DNA of 64,000 nt from assembly GCA_019449595.1 (NCBI GenBank), contig JAGRPL010000014.1, positions 246,043 to 310,042 on the forward strand, written 5' to 3'. Position 1 is the first letter of the stretch. Each line of letters starts with the position of its first letter. Below the pieces are notes generated by a model. That model ran no database searches, was not told the DNA's origin, and worked only from the letters and a program-made list of their open reading frames with translations. Positions 41,045 to 49,321 of this stretch are shown here, in pieces. This stretch comes from Rhodoferax sp. GTDB taxonomy: Bacteria; Pseudomonadota; Gammaproteobacteria; Burkholderiales; Burkholderiaceae_C. The position numbers were made by a program, and so were the translations under genes.

Positions 41045-41093
41045 GGGTTGTTATTTGACAGCATGGTGAAAGAGGCGTGTAGAGTTCTCCTCC

Positions 41094-42041
41094 ATGAAAC
41101 TGATCTTGCGTTTGCTCGGTGTGGTGCTGGTTGCGTGCGGCGTGTTTGCCTTGGCTGGCGTGTTGGCGACCTGGGCGCCGGACCGGTCGGTGCAGGACTT
41201 GTCGGTCCGTTGGGCCACGGCACCCTCGCAATTCCTGGCGGTCAACGGCATGCAGGTGCATGTGCGCGACGAAGGGCCGCGCGATGACCCCATGCCCATT
41301 GTGCTGTTGCATGGCACATCGGCCAGTCTGCACACCTGGGACGGATGGGTCCAGAGCCTGCACGGCCAGCGCCGGGTGATCCGGTTCGATTTACCCGGGT
41401 TTGGCCTGACGGGCCCCGATCCGCAAGGCGACTATTCCATTGCCGCCTATGTGCGTTTTGTAGGTGCCACCCTGGACGCTCTGGGCGTCCGGACCTGTGT
41501 GCTGGCGGGCAATTCGCTGGGTGGCCAGATTGCCTGGGAAACGGCGCTGGCCCTGCCACAACGGGTGGGCAAGCTGATACTGGTGGATGCTGCGGGGTAC
41601 CCCATGCGCCCGGAATCGGTGCCACTGGGGTTCCGGGTGGCCCGCATGCCCGGGTTGCGCCTGCTGATGGAGCATGTGCTGCCGCGCGGCATTGTGGAAA
41701 GCAGCGTGCGCAATGTATACGGTGACCCGGCGAAGGTGACGCCGGCCTTGGTGGACCGCTATTACGACCTGGCCCTGCGGGCGGGTAACCGCCAGGCCCT
41801 GGCCCAGCGGTTGGCGTTCAATCTGAGTGGAGATGCGCAACAGATCACGGTGCTGAAGCTTCCCACCCTCATTCTCTGGGGTGCCAAGGACCGGCTGATT
41901 CCGCTGGAGAATGGCAGACGCTTCGCATCCGATATTGCGGGCTCGCAGCTGGTGGTGTTCGATGGTCTGGGCCATGTGCCCCACGAAGAAGACCCGCAGC
42001 AGTCGGTTGCTGCCGTGAAAGCCTTTCTGGCCCTGCATTGA
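41094..42041 (+). CDS. Alpha/beta-fold hydrolase
   Basis: 'IVLLHGTSASLHTW', the nucleophile elbow 'GNSLGG' and 'GLGHVPHEE'. An N-terminal TM segment or signal is present. Confidence 0.85.
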   Translation: MKLILRLLGVVLVACGVFALAGVLATWAPDRSVQDLSVRWATAPSQFLAVNGMQVHVRDEGPRDDPMPIVLLHGTSASLHTWDGWVQSLHGQRRVIRFDLPGFGLTGPDPQGDYSIAAYVRFVGATLDALGVRTCVLAGNSLGGQIAWETALALPQRVGKLILVDAAGYPMRPESVPLGFRVARMPGLRLLMEHVLPRGIVESSVRNVYGDPAKVTPALVDRYYDLALRAGNRQALAQRLAFNLSGDAQQITVLKLPTLILWGAKDRLIPLENGRRFASDIAGSQLVVFDGLGHVPHEEDPQQSVAAVKAFLALH

Positions 42042-42108
42042 GGATTTTTGGTGCGGGTCTTTTTTAGTGGTCAAATAGCGTGATAGCCACCGCAGATAAT
42101 GCGTGAAT

Positions 42109-42129
42109 AGCTATTGAATTTATAGCAAT
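42109..42129. repeat. AT-rich palindromic motif copy (9 nt upstream of the GGDEF gene start)
   Basis: 'AGCTAT-tgaattt-ATAGCAAT'. Confidence 0.55.
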
Positions 42130-42138
42130 GCAGGGCGT

Positions 42139-43695
42139 ATGAGCGACAAAAAACCTTTCGAAATTGCGCGTGAAACGCTCAAGCAACTCACGCTGCGCAA
42201 ACTGGCGCCGACGCCGATCAACTACCAGCTGATTTACAACGAAATTGCCGGCATTCCGTTGATGCCACCGTTTCCGGCGGATGCCCTGCGCGATATCGCC
42301 CAGGCGCTGCCCGCCAAGACACCGGGCCAGCAAAAACAGCGCGGTTTACTGGAGTACGCCATCGACCGCCTGAACTGGGATGGCGTGAAAGCCGCTCTGG
42401 TGGCGTACGGCGGTTTTGTGCCGGCGCTGGGGAACGAGAGCAGCCCCCCGGTTCTGGCGCCTGCGGTGGCGGCGGCACCTGCAGCGCCGCTGACCGCACC
42501 GGCCCTTACGGCCGAGTTTTTTGGGCAGATTGGTCGCCTGATCGAGTACGCGCAACCGGCACTGGGCGATGACGACCCACGCTTTGCCGAGCAAACCCAG
42601 ACCCTGCTTAGCGCCATGCGTGAACCGGGGGCCGACGTGGTGGCCATCAAGGCCGCGCTGGTGCACTACAGCCACCGCCTGTCCTTTGCCGCGGAAGACC
42701 AGGCGGAAATCAAGAAGACCCTGCTCAAACTGCTGCACCTGGTATTTGAAAATATTGCCGAGCTGAGCCAGGACGAACTGTGGCTCAAGGGCCAGATGGA
42801 AGCGCTCATGGCCGCCGCCAGCCCGCCCCTGACGTTGCGGCGCCTGGATGATGTGGAGCAGCTGCTCAAAGACGTGATCGCCAAGCAGAAAGACGCCAAG
42901 GAACGCTCGCTGCAGGCGCAGGACGACATGCGCCGCATGCTGGCCACCTTTATTGACCGGTTGTCGGAAATGGCCCGCTCGACCGGTTATTTCCATGAAA
43001 AGCTGGAAGAAAACGCGCGCCAGATCGAGCAGGCCAAGTCCCTGGCCGAGATTGCGCCTGTACTGCAGGAAGTGGTGGGCGCCACGCGCGAAATGGCCCG
43101 CGAGAGCAAGACCGCCAGCGACCAGTTGCAGGAGATGCGCGAACGCGCCAACCACACCGATGCCGAGCTGGCCAAGCTGCACCAGGAACTGGACCGTGTC
43201 AGCGCCCAGGCCCGCCACGATTCACTGACCGGCGCGCTCAACCGCAAGGGGCTGGACGAAGCCATCGACCGTGAAATCTCCAGTGTGCGGCGCAAGGACA
43301 CCCCCTTGTGCATGGCCCTGCTGGACATCGACAACTTCAAGAAACTCAACGATGCCCTGGGGCACGCCACCGGGGATCTGGCGCTGGCCCATCTGGCAAC
43401 CGTTGCCCGCGAATGCATGCGGCCCCAGGATAGCCTGGCCCGTTACGGTGGCGAGGAATTCGTGATCTTGTTGCCCGACACGCCGCTGGACAAGGGTGTG
43501 GAGGCCATGACCCGTCTGCAGCGCGAACTGACCAAGCGGTTTTTCCTGGCAGGAACGGAAAAAATCCTGATCACCTTCAGCGCCGGCGTGGCGCAACTGG
43601 CGGCCAATGAAACCGGTGTAGCCGCCATCAAGCGGGCCGACCAGGCCATGTACCTGGCCAAGCGGGCGGGCAAGAACCGGGTGATCGGGGCCTGA
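42139..43695 (+). CDS. Diguanylate cyclase (GGDEF) with a long coiled-coil-like N-terminal region
   Basis: The active site 'RYGGEEF' is preceded by the I-site 'RPQD' five residues upstream. 'DIDNFKKLND' is present. Confidence 0.9.
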   Translation: MSDKKPFEIARETLKQLTLRKLAPTPINYQLIYNEIAGIPLMPPFPADALRDIAQALPAKTPGQQKQRGLLEYAIDRLNWDGVKAALVAYGGFVPALGNESSPPVLAPAVAAAPAAPLTAPALTAEFFGQIGRLIEYAQPALGDDDPRFAEQTQTLLSAMREPGADVVAIKAALVHYSHRLSFAAEDQAEIKKTLLKLLHLVFENIAELSQDELWLKGQMEALMAAASPPLTLRRLDDVEQLLKDVIAKQKDAKERSLQAQDDMRRMLATFIDRLSEMARSTGYFHEKLEENARQIEQAKSLAEIAPVLQEVVGATREMARESKTASDQLQEMRERANHTDAELAKLHQELDRVSAQARHDSLTGALNRKGLDEAIDREISSVRRKDTPLCMALLDIDNFKKLNDALGHATGDLALAHLATVARECMRPQDSLARYGGEEFVILLPDTPLDKGVEAMTRLQRELTKRFFLAGTEKILITFSAGVAQLAANETGVAAIKRADQAMYLAKRAGKNRVIGA

Positions 43696-43739
43696 CGGCC
43701 GCAGGGCCACCCGGAGGACGTTTTTTTGGGAGTGGCAAC

Positions 43740-44318
43740 ATGGGCTATCTGATTCTGGGGTTGTTCATTTTTCTGGGGGTGCATTCGGTGCGCATCGTGG
43801 CTGATCCCTGGCGGACCCAGGTGCGTGCGCGGATGGGCGAGGCAGCCTACAAGGCGACCTATTCCGTGCTTTCCTTGCTGGGTTTTGCCCTCATCGTCTG
43901 GGGTTTTGGCGTGGCGCGGGAGACCCCGGTGATGCTGTGGAATCCCCCGTTGGGCATGCGCCATGCCGCGTCCCTGCTGACGCTGGTGGCATTTGTGCTG
44001 CTGGCGGCCGCCTATGTGCCGCGCAATGCCGTGCGGGCACGCGTGCACCACCCCATGGTGCTGGGTGTCGTGGCGTGGGCCTCGGCCCACCTGCTGGCCA
44101 CGGGTAGCGTGGCCCACGTGCTGCTGTTTGGCTCTTTCCTGGCGTGGGGCGTGCTGTGTTTCGTGGCTGCGCGCCGGCGGGACCGCCTGGCGGGCACGCG
44201 CTACCCCGGCAGTACGGGTGCCGGCACGACTCTTACCCTGGTGGTGGGGCTCGTGGCCTGGGCGGCCTTTGCGTTCGTGCTGCACGGCTGGCTCATTGGC
44301 ATCCGGCCGCTGGGCTAG
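43740..44318 (+). CDS. NnrU family membrane protein
   Basis: 192 aa, polytopic, with an N-terminal 'LILGLFIFLGVHSVRIV' typical of NnrU. Confidence 0.7.
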   Translation: MGYLILGLFIFLGVHSVRIVADPWRTQVRARMGEAAYKATYSVLSLLGFALIVWGFGVARETPVMLWNPPLGMRHAASLLTLVAFVLLAAAYVPRNAVRARVHHPMVLGVVAWASAHLLATGSVAHVLLFGSFLAWGVLCFVAARRRDRLAGTRYPGSTGAGTTLTLVVGLVAWAAFAFVLHGWLIGIRPLG

Positions 44319-44321
44319 GGC

Positions 44322-44531
44322 TCAGCGGGTCATGTACCACTGGATGATGCCCTTGGCGACAAAGCCGACCATGCCGAAGGCCAGACCGAGGAAGATCACG
44401 AAGGTTCCGAACTTGCCGGCCTTGGATTCCCAGGCCAGATGGCCAATGATGAACAGCATGTAGAGCATGAAGGCGCCCACGCCGAAGGTGAGGCCGAAAC
44501 CGGCAATCTGTTCTTCCGTGTAGCCGAACAT
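44322..44531 (-). CDS. DUF2788-like small membrane protein
   Basis: 69 aa, 'IAGFGLTFGVGAFMLYMLFIIGHLAWESKAGKFGTFVIFLGLAFGMVGF'. The start overlaps the upstream stop (TGATG). Confidence 0.6.
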   Translation of the reverse strand: MFGYTEEQIAGFGLTFGVGAFMLYMLFIIGHLAWESKAGKFGTFVIFLGLAFGMVGFVAKGIIQWYMTR

Positions 44532-45376
44532 CAGCGTGCTCCCTGCTCGACAGAAGGCGCGGCTGACAGCTCGCGTGCGGGCAACTGCGACGCGTCCACC
44601 AGATCGCGGTAGGCATGCCAGCTGGCGTGGCCCAGCATGGGAATCACCGGAATCAGTCCGATCAGCAGGGAACCCAGGCCCAGCAGGGTAAAGACCATGA
44701 TCAGGGCGGCCCAGAAGCCCATGGTCAGGGGGTTGGCCAGCACGGTGCGCCAGCTGGTGAGCACCGCCTGCAGCAGCGTGACACGCCGGTCCAGCAGCAG
44801 CGGGATGGCCACCGCGCTGGAAGCGAAGACCGGTGCCGCCAGCACCCCGCCCAGGGCCAGCCACAACTCGAACAGCCAGCCGTCCCGGGCCAGCACCACA
44901 TGCTGCACAAAGTCCAGTGGGGTCTGGATGGGAGCCGGTGCCAGCAGGGTGATGAGTGCGGCGGAAGTAACGACCCAGCCCGTGGCCGCCAGTGCCAGCA
45001 GACCACCGAACTGCAGCATGCACCAGTAGTCGTTGCCCCATTTGTTGATGTGGCTGTTCTGCCAGTTGAGCCAGGTTTTGAACACGACGCCGGCGTTGAC
45101 CTGTTCGTGGCGCTCCAGGGCACGGCTCAAGGCATACAGGCTGGTGGCCAGCACCGGGGCAATGATCAGAAAACCCGACAGCGCGCCGGCCAGCAGCCAG
45201 AAACGCTGGTGCGCGATGGCGACGATGACGGAACCGCACACCGCCAGTGCCAGGCCGTGGGCAAAACTGATCCAGCCCACACGGGCCATGTCGCGCCACG
45301 CCAGTACCAGCCAGACCAGCGGACGCATGGGGGTGATGGTGCGGACCAGGGGGAGGGGGGCAGCGGTTGTGGACAT
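44531..45376 (-). CDS. DUF2189-like integral membrane protein
   Basis: 281 aa, polytopic, starting at ATG 45376. The upstream part of the 368-aa ORF is rejected. The family assignment is from memory of similar sequences. Confidence 0.55.
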   Translation of the reverse strand: MSTTAAPLPLVRTITPMRPLVWLVLAWRDMARVGWISFAHGLALAVCGSVIVAIAHQRFWLLAGALSGFLIIAPVLATSLYALSRALERHEQVNAGVVFKTWLNWQNSHINKWGNDYWCMLQFGGLLALAATGWVVTSAALITLLAPAPIQTPLDFVQHVVLARDGWLFELWLALGGVLAAPVFASSAVAIPLLLDRRVTLLQAVLTSWRTVLANPLTMGFWAALIMVFTLLGLGSLLIGLIPVIPMLGHASWHAYRDLVDASQLPARELSAAPSVEQGAR

Positions 45377-45473
45377 GGGTTGGCGGCAGTTGCGAGGGTG
45401 ACAGTGTAGACCGTCAGGCACCCTGGGCCGGGCCTGCGCATAATGGCCGCTTTCCACCCCGCAGGAGCTTTCC

Positions 45474-45839
45474 ATGCCGCGCCCCATTCTCAGCGAGTCC
45501 AGTATCCACCCCGCCATCCGTGAACGGGTGGCCACTTCGCACCAGGACATCGTGCAGGCGGTGCAGGCGGCGGTGGAGAACCATGCCGTGGTGGTGGTGG
45601 GCATGGCCATGAACCCCATGCCCAAGCGCGCCCGCAAGGCGCTGGATGCAGCTGGCGTGGCCTACACCTACTTGGAATACGGCAGCTATTTCAACACCTG
45701 GCGTAAGCGCAACGCGCTGAAAATGTGGACCGGCTGGCCCACATTTCCCATGGTGTTCGTCAAGGGCACCCTGGTGGGCGGCGCCACCGACGTCGAGGCC
45801 CTGATTGCCAGCGGCGAGCTCAGGAAGATGCTGGCCTGA
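45474..45839 (+). CDS. Glutaredoxin-fold protein lacking the active-site cysteine
   Basis: It is collinear with monothiol Grx ('VVVVGMA..P..ARKAL', 'WPTFPMVFVKGTLVGGATDVEALIASGELRKML'), but CGFS is replaced by 'NPMP'. The whole protein contains no Cys. Confidence 0.7.
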   Translation: MPRPILSESSIHPAIRERVATSHQDIVQAVQAAVENHAVVVVGMAMNPMPKRARKALDAAGVAYTYLEYGSYFNTWRKRNALKMWTGWPTFPMVFVKGTLVGGATDVEALIASGELRKMLA

Positions 45840-45841
45840 GC

Positions 45842-46429
45842 CTATTTCTTGGCAGGCTTGTCGCTGGCGGCATCGGGTGCCGGTCCGCGGCGCTCGCTGA
45901 AGCGGCGCCCCATGCGGTTGTGCTCGGCGTCAAACACCTTTTTCTGCTCGGCGCTCAGGGCGCCGTACAGGGTTTTGGTGGCCTCGTCACGCTGGTCCAG
46001 GGCGGCATTCATGTCGGCCAGTTGCTGGGTGCGCAGGCTGCGCATCTTGTCGATGCGTTCGGGGGTGCTGAGTTTGTCCAGCTCCGCACGGTCCGGGCGC
46101 TTGTCGAAGGCGGTGGCCGGCGGCTTCATGGCGGCGGTGTAGGCGGTCCAGGCGCCTTCCTGGGCGGGCGTGATCTTGAGTCTGGTTTTCAGGTCGGCGT
46201 TGCGTCGGGCCATATAGGCGTCGATACGCACCGGGTCCATCCGGCCACCGCGCGGGCCCCATTGGCCGCCGCCCTGCTGGTAGCCGTAGCTACCCATCAT
46301 GGAGCCGTAACCGCCACCGCCCATCATGGAGCGGTAGCCGCAGTCGGCGTCGGCCGGTTGCGAATAGGCGGCCAGACCGGCAGAAGCTAGCAGGCCAGCG
46401 ACGACAAGGGATTTGATTCCGGGTTTCAT
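45842..46429 (-). CDS. Spy/CpxP-family (LTXXQ) periplasmic protein with a Met/Gly-rich N-terminal region
   Basis: Signal peptide, 'ITPAQEGAW' and 'LSAEQKKVF' LTXXQ-like motifs, and the SD AAGGA upstream of ATG 46429. Confidence 0.7.
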   Translation of the reverse strand: MKPGIKSLVVAGLLASAGLAAYSQPADADCGYRSMMGGGGYGSMMGSYGYQQGGGQWGPRGGRMDPVRIDAYMARRNADLKTRLKITPAQEGAWTAYTAAMKPPATAFDKRPDRAELDKLSTPERIDKMRSLRTQQLADMNAALDQRDEATKTLYGALSAEQKKVFDAEHNRMGRRFSERRGPAPDAASDKPAKK

Positions 46430-46620
46430 GGTGACATCCTTTTTTTCAGTGGTCTGACGCGGAAATCGCAGCCAGGTTGGAAGCCAGTGTGGGGTACCCG
46501 TGTGTCTGCCGCATTGCGCCCTGATAAGACTTTGTAAAGTAACGCGAAAGAAGGAGGGCACACACTGCGTTGACAATATAGCCCTCCGATGACAGACCCT
46601 CAACAGGAAAAAGGTAGCTT

Positions 46621-47529
46621 GTGTTCAAGAATTTGATGATGTACCGCATTGTGTCCGGCTGGCCCGCTGCGGTGGCCCCGGTGGAAGAGGCGCTGGAAGC
46701 GGACCGTTTTGTGGAATGCGGCGCATCGCAGGAAAAGTCGGTCGGCTGGCTGGAGCCCCGTGGGCATGCCAACGGCCCCCTGGTGGAGGTGGTGGGCGGC
46801 CAGTGGCTGTTCAAGCTGATGATGGAAGTGAAGGTGATTCCGTCGTCCGTGGTCAAGCGCAAGGTGCAGGACCAGCTGGACCACATCGAGGCCACCACGG
46901 GCCGCAAACCGGGCAAGAAGGAAAAGCGCGAGATCAGCGACGACGCCCGCCTGGCCCTGTTGCCGATGGCGTTTACCAAACAGTCCAGTGTGCTGGTGTG
47001 GGCGGACCCGGCCGCCGGCCTGCTGGTGACCGACGCCGGCAGCCAGGGCAAGGCCGATGAGGTGATGACCTGCCTGATCAAGGCCATGGACGGGCTGGTG
47101 GTGCAGTTGATCAACACCGAGACCTCCCCCGCCGCCGCCATGGCGCTGTGGCTGTCCACCAAGGAGGCGCCTCCCGGCTTTAGCGTGGACCGGGAATGCG
47201 AGCTCAAGGCGGCGGACGAGTCGAAAGCCGTGGTGCGCTACACACGCCACGCCCTGGATACCGACGAAGTGAGTCAGCACATCGCCATGGGCAAGGTGCC
47301 TACGCGGCTGGCACTGACCTGGGACGACCGGGTGTCGTTTGTGCTGACCGAGGCCCTGCAGCTGAAGAAAGTGGCCTTTCTGGATACCGTGTTCGAGAAC
47401 GCGGCGTCCAGTCCGGGCGACGGCAAGGACGACACGTTCGACGCCGACGTGGCGATTGCCACGGGCGAACTGCGAAAGCTGATTCCGGACTTGCTGGAAG
47501 CCCTGGGAGGTGAAGCCGCGCTAGCCTGA
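46621..47529 (+). CDS. rdgC: Recombination-associated protein RdgC
   Basis: 'FKNLMMYRI' at the N-terminus (GTG start), 302 aa, collinear with RdgC. Confidence 0.88.
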   Translation: MFKNLMMYRIVSGWPAAVAPVEEALEADRFVECGASQEKSVGWLEPRGHANGPLVEVVGGQWLFKLMMEVKVIPSSVVKRKVQDQLDHIEATTGRKPGKKEKREISDDARLALLPMAFTKQSSVLVWADPAAGLLVTDAGSQGKADEVMTCLIKAMDGLVVQLINTETSPAAAMALWLSTKEAPPGFSVDRECELKAADESKAVVRYTRHALDTDEVSQHIAMGKVPTRLALTWDDRVSFVLTEALQLKKVAFLDTVFENAASSPGDGKDDTFDADVAIATGELRKLIPDLLEALGGEAALA

Positions 47530-47557
47530 TCGGCACGCTGCGGTGCCGGGTGGGGGG

Positions 47558-48160
47558 TTAGTCCCGGTATTCACCACGGCCGTAGGCATAGTCGCGGTCC
47601 CGGCGGTCATCCCGCCCGTAGTGGTGACCGCGGTCGTGCTCCCGCTCGTCGCGCCAATGCTCGCGCCCATGGTGGCGTCCGTGTTGGCGGTAGCTGGCTT
47701 CGTAGCGGGGACCGCGTCTGTCGGCATACGGACCCTGGCGTTGCGACACGCCCTTGCCCAGGCTGGCGCCCGCGGCGCCTCCGGCCCCGGCGCCCAGGAT
47801 GGCTCCGGTGGAGCCCCCCACGGAATGGCCGACTGCCGCACCGGCGGCACCGCCTACCGCGCCGCCGATGACGGCACCGCTTTGCCCGGAACCCCGGGTG
47901 CTGACTGCCGCGCCGGTCGCGCCGCCAATGGCACCACCCAGGATGGAGCCGTTCTTTCCACCCACGGATTGTCCCAGCACGGCACCGGCCGCCGCGCCGG
48001 CGCCGCCACCCAGAAGGGTTCCCAGGTCATCGGCGCGGGCCGTGGGGGCCAGGCTCAGCAGGCCGGCAGAAAGAACGATCAGGGACGCCAGAGCGCCCAC
48101 GCGGACACGTGCCAAGGGTCGTATGGCGCGTGCGCAAGGAAGTAAACGGGTAGATTGCAT
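47558..48160 (-). CDS. Secreted glycine-zipper protein with a His/Arg/Asp-rich C-terminal tail
   Basis: Signal peptide ('APTARA/DD'), repeated GxxxG zippers ('GGAIGGATGAAV', 'GGAVGGAAGAAVG'), and the tail 'HGRHHGREHWRDEREHDRGHHYGRDDRRDRDY'. Confidence 0.75.
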   Translation of the reverse strand: MQSTRLLPCARAIRPLARVRVGALASLIVLSAGLLSLAPTARADDLGTLLGGGAGAAAGAVLGQSVGGKNGSILGGAIGGATGAAVSTRGSGQSGAVIGGAVGGAAGAAVGHSVGGSTGAILGAGAGGAAGASLGKGVSQRQGPYADRRGPRYEASYRQHGRHHGREHWRDEREHDRGHHYGRDDRRDRDYAYGRGEYRD

Positions 48161-48312
48161 CGGTAGGATGGGGCCAAGCCCATACCGCTAGAGGTAGCGG
48201 TTTCTGAGACTTTAACGGCCCCTACCGTGTCCAGACGACCGCCGTAACAAGGTCTTACATGCGGATCATTTTGTAGCACCCGCGGGGCAAGCGCCGCGGG
48301 TTGCGTCGCCGC

Positions 48313-48510
48313 TCAGGGCTTGGGCTTCACGGCACAGGTGCCGAAACCGAAGAGGGTATAGGCCGGGCACCAGCCGATGGCACCGGTGGCCAGCGGCACG
48401 ATGCCCAACCAGCCCCACATGCCAATGGTTCCGGTCACAGCCAAGCCGATCAGAACCAGACCGGCGACGATGCGCAAGACGCGGTCCATGCCGCCAACGT
48501 TGAGTTTCAT
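48313..48510 (-). CDS. DUF2892 (YgaP-like) small membrane protein
   Basis: 'GGMDRVLRIVAGLVLIGLA...PLATGAIGWCPAYTLFG'. The SD GAGGA lies upstream of ATG 48510. Confidence 0.8.
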   Translation of the reverse strand: MKLNVGGMDRVLRIVAGLVLIGLAVTGTIGMWGWLGIVPLATGAIGWCPAYTLFGFGTCAVKPKP

Positions 48511-48601
48511 GGTGTTCCTCCTGAAATAAGCCAAAGATGCCACGAGGGCACCCTAGCTTACTCCGAGTCGGTGGCTGGTGTCGGACCGCGAGCAGCCGCG
48601 T

Positions 48602-48859
48602 TCAGCGCTTGCTGAAGTCGATGACGATTGCGCCGGGGTCCCGCTGGCGGTACTCGATGTCCACCGCGGCGCCGTAGCGCGCCTGCAGCTGACCCAGCAG
48701 GGGCAGCGGGTCGTGGTCGTTCACGAAGCGCATGGTTTCGCCGGGGGTCAACGCGTCCAGTGCGCCAAAGATGGCGGCGTGGCGAAAGCGCTTGGCCACG
48801 CCGCGGGCGTCGAACGGGTAGATGGCTTCGGGGGTGGTGTGGTTGTGGACTTGGGTCAT
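48602..48859 (-). CDS. DUF2249 domain protein
   Basis: 'FDARGVAKRFRHAAIFGALDALTPGETMRFVNDHDPLPLL'. The start overlaps the hemerythrin stop (ATGA). Confidence 0.75.
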   Translation of the reverse strand: MTQVHNHTTPEAIYPFDARGVAKRFRHAAIFGALDALTPGETMRFVNDHDPLPLLGQLQARYGAAVDIEYRQRDPGAIVIDFSKR

Positions 48860-49311
48860 GGTTGTTGCCTTTCTGGGTTGGAAGATGAAGGAGGGTTATG
48901 GGCTGTCCGGTTCATCACGTCGGTCAGCACAGTGGGGTCGAGTACGGCCTGGGCCAGGGGAAACAGGGTGCGTTCCTCGAAGCGCACGTGGGCGTCCATG
49001 GCTTCGCCCCATGCCGCCAGGGCCTGCAGGTCGCCGCTGCGCAGGCGCTGCACCAGTCCGCGCAGGGTGGTGTGCTGTTCCTGTGCCAGGGCCACGGGTG
49101 CGGTCTGCCCGGCCTGGGCCAGTGCCGACAGCAGGGTGTTTTCTTCCCGCACGAAGTGCGGCTCGAACTGGACCGCCCAGCGTTCCAGCAGGTGGGCGGC
49201 TTGTGCCTGGGCACCGGCCGGATCACTGGCCGCGGTGCGGGAGCGGCGCGCGAGCACCAGGGCTTCATGGTGCTCGCGGGAGAGGTCGCGGAGTGCTTCG
49301 GCGCGTTGCAT
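48856..49311 (-). CDS. Hemerythrin-like (HHE cation-binding) domain protein
   Basis: 'LSREHHEAL' and 'HFVREENTLL', 151 aa. Confidence 0.7.
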   Translation of the reverse strand: MQRAEALRDLSREHHEALVLARRSRTAASDPAGAQAQAAHLLERWAVQFEPHFVREENTLLSALAQAGQTAPVALAQEQHTTLRGLVQRLRSGDLQALAAWGEAMDAHVRFEERTLFPLAQAVLDPTVLTDVMNRTAHNPPSSSNPERQQP

Positions 49312-49321
49312 GGGGGGCGGA

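Noticed and set aside
42100-42130. Whether the AGCTAY-N7-ATAGCA motif is a Fur box, an ARG box, a TyrR box or an Lrp site
   Set aside because: Only partial half-site resemblance is seen (TGAAT of an ARG box; 'TGATAGCAAT' against 'TGATAATCAT' of a Fur box). There is no TGTAAA-N6-TTTACA and no match to the Lrp consensus. The motif's own dyad (GCTAT/ATAGC) is not that of these regulators.
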